Source: Octopus sinensis
Lineage: Eukaryota
Direction: 5' to 3'
Assembly: GCF_006345805.1 (NCBI RefSeq)
Contig: NW_021833806.1
Location: 1 to 54,106 of the forward strand
DNA: 54,106 nt
This document shows, piece by piece, positions 23,955 through 36,062 of this stretch (within the stretch, counting starts at the first letter, position 1; each line of letters starts with the position of its first letter). The notes under the pieces are model-generated. The model had not been told where the DNA came from. It did no database searches and worked only from the letters and a program-made list of their open reading frames with translations. The translations under genes and the position numbers were made by a program.

Positions 23955-24925
23955 GTGCGGGTCGGCACGGCGTTTTCCCGTGAATTCACGTGCAACGTCG
24001 GTACCCCTCAGGGAGACGCCCTCTCGCCGTTGCTATTCGTGATCTATCTGGAGACGGCACTACGAGACCTTCGAAAATTCTATGCTGGCAATATCGTCGA
24101 AATTGTATATGCAGATGACGTCGACTTCGTGTCAGACGACAAATCGGCCTTACTTCGACTCCTTGAAGTGGCACCTGCTGAGCTGAACAGATGGTTCCTT
24201 AAAATGAACGTTGGAAAAACCGACATCGTTGAAATCATGAGGATGGAGAGCAGCTCAAGTGAAGCCTGGCGCAAAACGAACAAACTCGGTTCTCTACTTG
24301 GGGACGGCCATGATATTGTCAGAAGAAAGGCTCTCGCTTGGGCCACGATGAACAAGATAAAGAAAGAGTGGATCGGCAAACGACGACTCTGTACGTCACT
24401 TCGTCTGAGGATGTATGAAGCCTTTGTCAACCAATCCTGACATATAATTCGGCGACCTGGGGAATGTCTAGTACTGAACAACGTGGACTCGATTCTTTTC
24501 ACCGCAGGCAACTTAGATCCCTACTGGGATTGAACTGGCCTATAAGAATCAACCAGGAATCGCTATATAATAGATGCAGAACTGGCCCTCTGAGTGTGGA
24601 AATCGTCAATATGCGGTGGAGGTTATTTGGCCATATTCTACGAATGGACATGCTTGCCCCAGCTAAATAGCAATGGAGGGCTACTTCCTGAAAGAGGGAT
24701 CGAGCTTCCGTGGACGTCCACGTGTTACGCTGCCGGAAAAACTTGACGGAGACCTGAAATGTGTGAAGAAAAGGCTAAGGAGTGGTGAGGATCTGGACGA
24801 GCTGAGGAAACTCGCTCACGACAGAGGAGGTTGGAGGAGGCTGGTTCAAAGGATTGTTTTTAATGCTGCACGAGTAAAATTATAACTAATATGATTCTAC
24901 GTATGTTGCAAATAATAATAATAAG
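23955..24925 (+). mobile_element. 5'-truncated RTE-clade LINE with (TAA)n tail
   Basis: GTPQGDALSPLLFVIYLE, YADDVDF, RWRLFGHILRM and RGRPRVTL; AATAATAATAATAA at ~24911-24924. Confidence 0.85.
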
Positions 24926-26149
24926 TAATAAAACTAAAACTATTTTTTGAGAAGCCAATCAATGCTAAAATCTGGGGGATCGTCTAAAAAAGTTTTATAT
25001 TAATTAAAACACCTTTTTTGACATTTCTTAAATGTCCATATAATATAAATGTAAAATTACTTTTAAAAACCATTCAAATTTTGAATTACGTTATAAATTC
25101 GTTTTTCTTCTGGTATTAGCGTATTTAATAAATAAGCTGTGTATGTTCGAGATTTATCAAGAAAATCTAAATAAAATCATTTTCAAATGAATCAAACAAA
25201 TGTTGTGGTAGTCCGGATCACTCAAATAGTCGTTTCGTATTACGCAGTAATTATTCCTCTGAAAATTCCAATCACTTTGAAAGTGTTGCTCATTTTGATT
25301 ACATCCACCGCGATTCCATCCTCCAAAGTAAGACTGCCGAGAATCATTTCTCCAATCTTCTTGGGTACTGAAATAGCTGTGCATGTTGCTCTGTTTGTAC
25401 ATATCTGCTCCCGATTGTACTGTTTGGATCTCATACCTGAATTATCCTCGTTTTGGCATTTACATGGAATTCTCATACAATTACAGTTTGGGTTAACTCC
25501 TGCCATTTGTGTACGTCAAAGTCTAAATAATATCGGCAGTATTTATACTCGGATTGGGGCGTTTCGACTTAATAAAATCGGCATTTCAAACAAAGTCTAG
25601 AATTTTCTTATCCTGAATGAAAATCAAAGGAAAAAACTGGCATTGACGGGTAACTTAATTTTATTGTAAGAAAATATCTTTTTAAATAATTTATTTTTAA
25701 AAGAAGCTATATAAGTAATATTATTTGACTTTAGTGAGAAAACTGGTGAATAAATAAACAAAAAAATTAAATTTTAGACTAAACTGATATAATAATTAAA
25801 AATTTTATAAAATGATAATAAATATGATACTTTTACATCATTTAAATCGCGTGTTTATATTATTATCATTATGCATTGATCATCAAAAACACGGTTTTGA
25901 GGTCTTAATGAAGGACAACCAGCAATATTGGTGTTTACTGTAGTTTCTATTTACTGGTCTATTTACCAAATCAACTCTACTAAGGAAAAAAATGAGTCAA
26001 TGTCCAGTTCTTTCCTGATATTTAGACAGCAAGAGTGACAGCACTGCATTTTTTCGGTAATCTACAAAGTCAAAGAAGGATGAGAAGAAGGGAAGGAGAT
26101 GCGTAGAGTGCCACCGCCTGCTCACTTCGAAGAGTCAGGACTTACAATA

Positions 26150-26420
26150 GTAGTAGCACTTTCACAAGACCCAAGAAAGTTATGTTGAATTGAATATAGA
26201 TGTTTCGCTTAAAACGTCTATCCAATCAGTGACAATCAAGAAAAGGATGGAGAACATGGGCGCTAAACACAGACATTGCACAAAAATTGACAACCACCTA
26301 GTTGCGAAGGAAGCAAATAGTCGTATCGCTAGAGAGGAACTGGGAATATCAGTAAACCCATCAGAGGAGTTGACTTTCATACTACAATACAAAAAGAAGA
26401 GGTGTCGATAGGTGATCTGT
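26150..26420 (+). mobile_element. R4/Dong-like 3' fragment
   Basis: SIQSVTIKKRMENM resembles YIQSVVIRKTLETM of the opposite-strand copy. Confidence 0.35.
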
Positions 26421-26529
26421 CTGTCGAGTAGCTGTCCTAAAAAAAGAAAAAACATTAATTAAAGATATGTATATAACTTTATCCTTTTATTAATAAAGAG
26501 TCAAAACTAATTATTTATCAATTGAACTA

Positions 26530-27400
26530 ATTAATGCGTCCTCTCACTCGATTCTCCTCCTCTTTGAGCTAAAGCCAATCTCTTCGATGGGCACACTCAT
26601 CCATCTCACAGGGTTCGCCTCTTCTGTGGTCGTTCTCAAGTTCGACTCAATGGCCTCATTTGGCAGAGCCTCTTCCGTTGTTCCATTTGTAAAACGAGTC
26701 GTTTGGCATTTTTCTGACGGGATCATTCCAAATTTGTGTTCTACACGCATAGTCTCCAATGTTTTCCTGATTACCACCGACTGAATGTAAGCTCGTGTAA
26801 GTTCTTCCAAACCAATAGTATCGCAGTGATGTTTATAGTATTTACTGAATGTATAAAAGATTTAAGAGTTTGAAAAACATTTTCTTTCGGTAATAAAATA
26901 GTAATAACAGTTGACTTTCTGAATTTTTTCATATACAAAAGCACAAGCGCCGTAAAGGTGGCCCTGTCGCTCCCAGAGATCCCGAAGCGCTGCGTGTTTT
27001 AACGACATTGGCAGTGGTCTAGGACAAATAAAAATGGTGAACGGAGATCGGATTGGAGTTACATACGTGGCAGGGTTTTCTTTCTGGTTTTTTCCCATGT
27101 AATCGTGTCCAAGACAGGGGTGATGTCCGCAGCCAAGTCCTGCAAGAATTACACGTTTCTTTCTTAGCAATATTGATTCTGGTTTATCGATTTCCGGGGA
27201 TTTAAACATTCGGTTATGGTTTTAAGACCAGCATTCTGCACTCTCAAGGAATGTGAGCAAGACGCACGGAGACCAACAAGGCGAGGCATAGTTCATTGTT
27301 GTTCTGATAAATTGTTTTTACATCAGTGTTAAACTTTCCTTGGGTTGTAAAAAAGATTAGCCAAAGACTGCACCCAGTGCGTTCAACTTGCACCTGGCTT
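26530..27400 (-). mobile_element. R4/Dong-like non-LTR 3' region, decayed
   Basis: YIQSVVIRKTLETM plus an upstream Cys/His region; same family as 13379-13810. Confidence 0.5.
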
Positions 27401-28770
27401 TAGTACATATCGTTTTCACATGTGTAGAGAAACTCAGTGATTGATAATAAATGACACTCAGAATTTCGGGGTTTTTTGTTATAAGGTTATCCAAGTACAG
27501 AGAGTGAGGGTTTATGATTGAGTTCACGTTTGTTGGTCATGAAGAGGTTCATTATTTTCTCTGCATCAAGTTTCTAATCATCCCGAAGCAATCGGAAAGC
27601 CAAATGATTTCTTTAAAATCAAAAAAGATTATATTCAGCAAATAGATGATTCATTCAAGTTTGACATTAATTTTCTATTATTAAATTATACCGTGCATTA
27701 AGGTCATTGTTGAGCTTCTCTGTCAATAAACTTGAGCACTTCTTTCAAAAAAGTTCTATGGTTAAATGATACAATCAATAAACGAAAACATAAAAAAGTT
27801 ATTTTTTGGTGAAATGTTATTAGGTCATCAGTGAAATAAAAAGTGCTGCCTGTAAAAAATTTTAAATTTAATTAAATAAATCAACAGATGTAGCAAAAAT
27901 TACTCTTAGTTACTTGTTTATGTACGATATTTTTATATGGGAAATATTGGACTTTTTGTCAATTATTCATTATCTTTAAACACAAAAAGTGCGTATTTTT
28001 TTGATCCAGTTAATTGTTTTTTGATACAAAAAGTGCATTTTTCTTAGTGCATGCACCACAGATGGAGCACTAACGATGCTTTGATTTTACTTTGGTTCGT
28101 GAGGTAATGTACAATCTTTCATTAAAATGTAAAAAAAATCCTCACTGCATGTTGCATCGTTATGGTCTTGATGTGAAGACATCATATCAAAAAGTCCTTC
28201 AAATTCACTAATTTTTATTCATTTTACGAAATTTTAAAGATGGAAAACTATACAAATCTGCTGTAGAGTATTTAATAAATGATTATAGAAGCTGAAACTG
28301 CTATGTTTCAAAAAGTAATAAAAAAGGAATAATTAAGCATGTAATAACTATTAGGCAACTACGATTATGTAATAACATTTTAATATAAATAGAAAATATA
28401 TGATATCTTACGAGAATAATTTTTATGAGTTTATTTTCTAATTTTATGTTATTAAAGTATAATGAACATAATAAACACATGCGGTTGTATTTTTTGGAAG
28501 GCTTCGCTTACGAGGAAAGGAAATTTTCCTATTCAAGAAAGCCTACATTATAGCTGGGGTACAATTGCTACGAAATTACGAGCGAACTTTGTATTCGCTC
28601 TTTAAATGACCCCATACATTAATGCATTTTCAATATGTTTAACACAATTTTTTTGATAGTAAACTATACAAATCTGGTGTTGAAGTATTTTTAAAAATGA
28701 TTATGGAGGCTAAAACTGGTATGTTTTAGAAAGTAACTAAACAAAAAAAGGAATAATTGAAGAAGTAATA

Positions 28771-29628
28771 TGTCACATGGGTGATCAGACCCCTGTGGGC
28801 AACCTGGCCTTTACGTGTTTCCATGGCAACTACATAGCAAATATTTACTAAAAGGCCAACTAATATAAAGGCAAACGATCCGAACTAATGATTGAACTTT
28901 AAATTTTTGAGAAAATGATGTTTTATATTTGAACCATGCTTGCTTTAAAATAGTAAAATTATTTACAACATTAGCAAATTAGAATGTGAATTATTTTTAT
29001 TTTTGATAATATAAATTGCAACATTAGCAAATTATAATTTACATCAAATTTTTTGCAAAGTTTGTAACAACTTAACTCTAACCTTACCCCAAACCCTAAC
29101 GTTGGCAATTGACAACATAAATATTCAAAATCTAACCCTAACCTTAACCCAAACCCTAACGTTGGCAAGTGACAACATAAATATTCAAAATCTAACCCTA
29201 ATCTTAACCCAAACCCTAACGTAACCCTAACTCGAAATTAAATGATGTTTATGCTGACGATTCTTCAGACATTTTTGACAAAAATTGGAAGCCTTTTTGG
29301 CCAACCGGTGTTTGCTTCGAGCATTCATATCCTCCGGGAATATCCCGATTAACGCTTCCTTAATTTGATTGTATTCGTTAATATTTCTGACATAACCCTA
29401 AACCCAGACATCACAAAGTGTGAGTAACCACGCTGTTAAAATTAATATACTTTTGGGTAAGCCATTTTTAAAAGATATTCAAATGTAATTTTAAATTAGA
29501 ATAATTGATTAATCTACACTCTTCCATATATAAATTGCTATATTCAATATTTAATACCTTTTCTGCGGTTTCCATAGAAACACGTAAAAGGCATGGCTAC
29601 CCATAGCGACATAGTCGCCCATGTGACA
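28771..29628. mobile_element. Non-autonomous TIR element (TGT..ACA ends, 5-bp TSD TAATA; Ginger-like)
   Basis: TGTCACATGGGTGA / TCGCCCATGTGACA with imperfect inverted similarity extending to ~70 bp; TAATA on both sides; a single TAATA at the paralogous empty site 28342-28346. Confidence 0.8.
29075..29231 (+). repeat. 60-bp tandem repeat (~2.5 units) rich in CCCTAA-like motifs, inside the MITE
   Basis: Lines 29101 and 29161 are nearly identical, with an exact 60-nt period. Confidence 0.9.
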
Positions 29629-30654
29629 TAATAACTATTAGCAAACAACCATTATGTAATAGAATTTTACTATAAATAAAAAATATATGAACCTCACGGG
29701 AATAATTTGTATGAATATATTTCTAATTTCATGTTATTAAAGTATAATGAACATAGTGAACAAATGCTGTTTTATTTTTCGAAAACTTCACCTACGGGAA
29801 AAGAAAAGAATTTTTTTATTAATAAAAAGCCTAGATTACAGCTGGGTCTCGGGTACATTATATTATTTCCTGGTCCACAACTGTTGCGAGCGAACTTTTT
29901 ATTCGTTCATGAAGAATAACTTGCATGGGTATATTTTTAATTTTATGAATTAAAGTATAATGAAAATATGAAATTGTATCTTTACTCTGAGGCTCCATTT
30001 AAAACGAAAAACTCCCATGCACGAGAAGAAACAATATAAATATATAAAAAATAATTAATCAGTGATGTAGCAATAATTTGATTTCGTGATGTATTTCAAT
30101 ATAAAAGAAATTATTTGAAAAGTATAAAGAAACACATATGAGGTTTACTGCCTGGCTTTCTACGTGTCGAGAAGAAATTCTCGTAAAAAACAAGCCTACA
30201 TTACGAACCGGGGTACATATTTTATGAACTAATTTTGACGCAGCATTAATGCATTTTCAATATGATAAACACAATTATTTTGATTTCCATGTTTTACCAT
30301 AATTGAGTATACATTAGTGTAGACAAGACATATAACTTTTCTTTAATAATTTAAAATATTATGATTATTCAAGTAGGGGATTTAAATTATGATTATTTAA
30401 AATGAGACATGTAAAAACACAAGAACGTACTACAATTCACGTTAAATGACACGTGTATTGTTATTTATTATTCATTGTCAGCCAATGTGGTCTAATTAAT
30501 ATATTTTCATTTTAAAATATATTATTGAAAAATAGAAGGAAGAAACTACAAATAGTTGTAACCCCAATAATTGACGATTTAGTAGGATAAACATTATAAT
30601 TTTTTTAATCGAAAACAAATCAAAAAAATCTAGGTATTAAGTACCGGCTCGCAA

Positions 30655-31330
30655 AATTGAGAGACAATTCCCGCTTTAAACAGCCAGCGAGATCCTGTGA
30701 ATAAGGAATATAGATTCCCATGATTTCTGGAACAAGTTTCTTAAGATGAGCAAGCGTCTTGGCCCCAAAAACACAGGAAGTCTCGACGGCAAGCCGTGGA
30801 ATTCAAAGCTCCCTTTGCAAAAGAGTCGTCACAGGTGACGTCCTAAACAAGCTGCCTCCTGGATTCAAAAAAGAAAAACCGTACAACTGCCTGGACGTTT
30901 GCATCTTCAAAGACAAGGCTCGTCGTTTCCAGAACTGAATGGAACCAGCTCTTTCCAGAGGTTTGTAAATTAGATTTTAATTTCACTGTCCCGAGGAAAT
31001 CGGGCGGCACTCATTCGACAAGACAGAGCATATAGCCCAAAGACGTCAACTTTAGGCCCACAACGGCAGGGATGAGGTCTGCAGACAGGGAGTCCAAGGC
31101 GATTACAGATACCCAAACGGAGTAAATCCCTATCAAGGAGAGTATCCAAAAGCGGAGAAGGGAATACATTCAGCCAAGAGCCTGAGTATGGATGACAGGC
31201 GGAACGGAAACAAGCCAGTCTGTGTTGGCCGATTCGTTATGTATATCCTATTATACAATCTCGGATACAAAAGCAAAAAAAAATTGGACTTATTCCATAG
31301 ACGACAAATCCGAACATCACTCAATATTCA
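30655..31330 (-). mobile_element. CRE-clade 3' fragment (zinc knuckle plus partial REL)
   Basis: SGSWLNVFPS..LRLGICNRLGLPVCRPHPCRCGPKVDVFG, DVTCDDS, LAVETS and RISLAV. Confidence 0.75.
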
Positions 31331-32371
31331 ATAGCCAAAAAAATATGAAATGAAATGGAGTTTAGATGGCGACTGTTTGGACATTTATTAGGGAAAAATT
31401 GCAAAACATGTGCAATATCGTCATGGAAGAATATTTTAATTTAAATGAACTCATATTACCAGTATCCCTAAAAGAAAATTATTAGAAGATCGGGAGAGGC
31501 ATGAATTCGAAGCGACCTAGACCAGGCATGCCAACAAAAATAATCCAGGACTCCCTTTTCGACATTTTTTAAATTTATTATAATAAACTGTTATCTTGTT
31601 AATAATTTTTTCATTATTGAAAGAAAGATTTCGATGAGGACAATTAAAGATTTCGACGAATGCGCAAAGGGATTTTTGCACAATATAAGAGTGTCAATTC
31701 TTTTACAAAACCCATGTATTTCGTTTTTAGCTACAAATAACATGTTCATCATTTCAATGGAGTCACTGTTTTCTAACTCAGTTAAAGTTGATGGCATAGT
31801 AGTGAACATTTGGCTCTTCAACCTCTTTGTAGTAGGTCGTTTGATGGCAATGATAAAGACACTTTGTGTTTTTATTTTTTAGTATGATTCTGCGTTTACT
31901 TGAGTAGTTAGTCGATCGTGAATAGAAGGTAAGTAGTTACAAACAGAAAATACAGAAAAGAAATGTTTATTCTAATATTAGAGCCCCAAAAACAGGGGTT
32001 TCCCCAGATAGAGGGTTTTCTAATATTAACGAAAAAAACTAACGTTTTGTTAATTTAAAACCAAAAGATGTTTATTCTTAATTCATTTAACAATTTTAGT
32101 CTTTACTTGTCGGGAAATGATCCGTTATTTTCGCTCCGAATTGGTACTTTTGAATTAATCGATCCATGTCAAATTAATCGATCAAAACGACCTTGTCGAG
32201 AAATGAATGTTTATCACTATTATCGGTTCTCTGAAGCCCTCAGAACCTTCACATCCATCAAAATTACATCCATCAAAACAACAGAAACACGTTATTATTA
32301 GTTATTCAAAAATTATAACTAAAAAATATATAAAATATTAAATGCCCATAATGGGGTTTATCTATAAAGAA

Positions 32372-34533
32372 CTAGCTCGGCAGCTCGCTTCGCTCACCGC
32401 GACCTAGCTCCTGCGCAGGGCCTGTTTCATCAAACAACTATAAGTTTATGTAGATGTATAAACTACCTGGTTAAATGTAACCCTATTCTATCGCCTGTTG
32501 ATAAACGATGTTTGTCGTCCGTCCTTCCTGGCATATATGAATAATTTTTCTCTTCTGCCTACCCTCGAGCATCCCACATACAGCTGTCCATGTGAAAAGC
32601 ACTCACTCTAAAAATAACCCAACTACCTTTAATGACTGTCCCTGGGCCTTGTTTATTGTCATTGCAACTTTTTTTTCATTTTTGTGGGTTATTTTTTTTT
32701 ATATTTAATTTTTCATTTTTCCTTGTAATTTCCTTTTTTTTCTTTTTTTGTTTTTTACTGGCGGAAATGGGGCAGGGGGGAGATGCGCAGGCGGAAATGC
32801 GGCAGGCAAGAAAGCGACACACAAAAAAGATTTAATTAATTACCTTATTAAGCTGACCGTTTTTTCTTCAGCTTCGTTTTTCCTCCTTCGGTTATCTATT
32901 TAAAAAATTATTTTTGAATAATAAAAAAGTTTAAGAAAAGAGGCATACCGAAAATAAATTCTATCTTTACGAAAAACTCAAGTAAATAGTTAATATTTTT
33001 ACGCAAATTCTTCTGATTGCGCTGTCAATTGGTGGTAAATTGTGTTAATGGTTGTGCTAATGTGGTTTCAACTATCAAAGTGTTTTTCAAAATCTGTTAA
33101 TTGCACATTCTATTCAAGGTCGTGCGTCAATTGGTGGTAAATTGTGTTAATGATTGTGCTAATGTGGTTTCAACTATCAAAGTGGTTTTTCAAAATCTGT
33201 TAATTGCACACTCTATTCAAAGTCGTGCAATCTGTGATTGCACATTCTGTCAAAGTCAAATATGATAATAACTTTAATTTTGATTCATGGTCGATAATGA
33301 TATATGCATTTAATTTTAAAGAGAAAAACATAGGATGAATTGAATTTCTTTATCGCGAATAATTGGGAGTTCATCATTGTTAATATTCTCGCTGTCGTTT
33401 TCATCAAGGATATTCTTAATACGTGAGATTTTGCCTTGAAGGTTTTAATGGACCTCATCATGAATGTCGAGGACATTCGCGTTGTTCATTTTAATCAAAA
33501 TGCAGAAAATAATTTTTTGATTTTTGGGGGGAAGGTTTTAAGGACTTCATCATGTAAGTCGAGGACATTGTAGTTGTTCATTTTAACCAAAATGCAGAAA
33601 TTTTTTTTTAATTTTTTTGGGAGGGGGAAGGTTTTAAGGACTTCATCATGTAAGTCGAGGACATTGTAGTTGTTCATTTTAACCAAAATGCAGAAAATTT
33701 TTTTTTAATTTTTTTTGGGGGGGAAGGTTTTAAGGACTTCATCATGTAAGTCGAGGACATTGTAGTTGTTCATTTTAACCAAAATGCAGAAAATTTTTTT
33801 TAATTTTTTGGGGGGGAGGTTTTAAGGACTTCATCATGTAAGTCGAGGATATTGTAGTTGTTCATTTTAACCAAATGCAGAAAATTTTTTTAATTTTTTT
33901 GGGAGGGAAGGTTTTAAGGACTTCATCATGTAAGTCGAGGACATTGTAGTTGTTCATTTTAACCAAAATGCAGAAAATTTTTTTTAATTTTTTTGGGGGG
34001 GAAGGTTTTAAGGACTTCATCATGTAAGTCGAGGACATTGTAGTTGTTCATTTTAACCAAATGCAGAAAATTTTTTTTTAATTTTTTTTGGGGGGAAGGT
34101 TTTAAGGACTTCATCATGTAAGTCGAGGACATTGTAGTTGTTCATTTTAACCAAAATGCAGAAAATTTTTTTTTAATTTTTTGGGGGGGAAGGTTTTAAG
34201 GACTTCATCATGTAAGTCGAGGACATTGTAGTTGTTCATTTTAACCAAAATGCAGAAAATTTTTTTTTAATTTTTTTTGGGGGGAAGGTTTTAAGGACTT
34301 CATCATGTAAGTCGAGGACATTGTAGTTGTTCATTTTAACCAAAATGCAGAAAATTTTTTTTTATTTTTTTTGGGGGAAGGTTTTAAGGACCTCATCATG
34401 TAAGTCGAGGACATCGTATTGCCAATTTGAAGTTGGTGTGCACACACAGACAGACAGACAGACAGACACACAGACAGACACACAGACAGACAGACAGACA
34501 GACAGACACACACCATACCATTTTATATTAAGA
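32372..34533 (-). mobile_element. Non-autonomous Helitron, copy B (inverted relative to copy A)
   Basis: Reverse complement of 8965-11095 with the same A|TC and CTAG|T ends; 11 minisatellite units; a private insert at ~32668-32855. Confidence 0.88.
33440..34430 (-). repeat. ~95-bp minisatellite, 11 units, inside Helitron B
   Basis: GTCGAGGA core counted 11 times between 33466 and 34412. Confidence 0.95.
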
Positions 34534-34559
34534 TAAACAGAAAAACTCCTAATAGAAAT

Positions 34560-34622
34560 TCAAATTGCCCCAAAACCCGAGGGTGCCCCACGTCCGGGGT
34601 CGCCCCAATAAGGAGTTGCACT
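34560..34622. mobile_element. pogo-type terminal sequence related to the element at 7399-11265
   Basis: CCCCAAAACCCGAGGGTGCCCCAC..GGGGTC.CCCC..CACTG-TA resembles 11215-11267; GCCCCAAAAACAGGGG at ~31983 matches 7449. Confidence 0.55.
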
Positions 34623-35692
34623 GTATTTATCAATTTTTTTATTAAAAATCTTGAAAAATTATGTCAAATATCCATTAAAGCTAGAAATTTTTTTAATAAG
34701 GCAAATCTAAGAACTGGCGAATTTAAAATTTAGTCAATCAAGATTTCTTGCCAAATAAAACGTGACCAAATTCCGCGTAGAGAACTGTATTAAATAGGCC
34801 TTTAACAATTAAGGTTTTAGAAAACAACCACGAAAAAATAGATAAGTATGATTATGAGGAAAAACAATTTTTAGAAAATGAAGATTTAAATTTTATTGAG
34901 AATAAAGATAATTTTTTGCTGAGGATAAAGAGGGTGGAGATTTTTCATTAAACTCTCAAACACTAAAGTATGTTAGACGTATTTTAAAACTGGACGATGT
35001 GAGCATGTGAGAAAGAAAAATCTTTATAATCGTAATTAAAAAACCGAACCCAAATGCAAATCAGAGGTCTGTTGGGCCTACCGTTAAAGATCGTAGTTTT
35101 TAAATGCGCCTCATTATATATATTCACTTTATTGAAAAAGAGAAGATGAAGCTCGATAATTATCCAAACTATAATCAAAAGTATTTAACAAACTATTATT
35201 CTACTCCAAAAACAGCGTTAAAATTGACGAAATACCTTAAATCATCAATTCATTTCTAAAATTTCAAATCAATTATATCGAGTTTTTAAAAATTTTGACT
35301 TTTCGAGATTTTAAATGTTAGGTCTTTGAAAACGTAAACGATCCGACAAATCTCCCATCTTTCTTTTCGAAAAAGACTTGGAAAACAGTACTTTTTTGAA
35401 AAATCAATTTAAATGCAATGAGTGCACTTTGAGACTAGCTTAACTCACATATTGGAAAAACTGGTTCTGACCCTAAGGGTCCTCTTGGCTTAACGTTAAC
35501 AAACAGGCCAGTTACATCCCTTCTCTACTTTAGCTGAAATAATGATTGTCTTTCCTTGGGCCAAGAAAAAGATTTGAATCTGGAACTGAAGTCCGGACTT
35601 CAGAATGATCATCAAAACTCTTATTCTAATATCAAAGCATGAATGTAATTAAGTCCAATCTTTAATTAATGTTTTATCTTCTTTTAGGACAG

Positions 35693-36010
35693 CTACTCGA
35701 CAGAAAGGTCACCAATTGATCGGTTAATCTGTGGACCTTTTTTTGGGTCTCCTCGATTCGCCTCCTGTTGGATCACGATAGCCGCGGACCCCATGATCCG
35801 CAGGCGTAGGCAATTGAAGGTTAGAAGTATTGACGGTAGATATTCGCCAGTACCTGGTGTGACCCGTTTTTCCATAAGCTGGATAGAGTTCTGAGAATTT
35901 TCAATTGAATGAATGCTTTCTTCGGCATACAAGCTGATGCACTTGGAGACTTCTTCTTTGGTAATTTGAAAATAAAAAATGCCAACATGTTTAAAAATTA
36001 TTATTATCAA
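35693..36010 (-). mobile_element. Possible LINE ORF1 (gag-like) remnant
   Basis: YLPSILLTFNCLR followed, after a frameshift, by HGVRG resembles a broken CCHC knuckle. Confidence 0.3.
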
Positions 36011-36062
36011 TGCTCTGTTTCATATTACAGGTCCAATTTGTCTGAACAACTGAAACCACATA

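Larger units (their letters stand above)
28240..30290. repeat. Degenerate ~400-bp tandem duplication (about 3 units), unit 2 split by a MITE
   Basis: Recurring blocks AAACTATACAAATCTG (28245, 28661), TTAAAGTATAATGAA (28452, 29737, 29951), AAGCCT..ATTA..GCTGGG and CATTAATGCATTTTCAATATG. Confidence 0.7.

Noticed and set aside
25157-25600. Gag/protease of an LTR element or a host gene
   Set aside because: Cys-rich short ORFs on both strands, but no convincing CCHC spacing, DTG motif or LTRs.
33495-33686. Repeat protein VKMNNYNVLDLHDEVLKTFPP encoded by the minisatellite
   Set aside because: Homopolymer lengths vary between units and shift the frame; no start or splice context. Could be revisited if polishing gives uniform 96-nt units.
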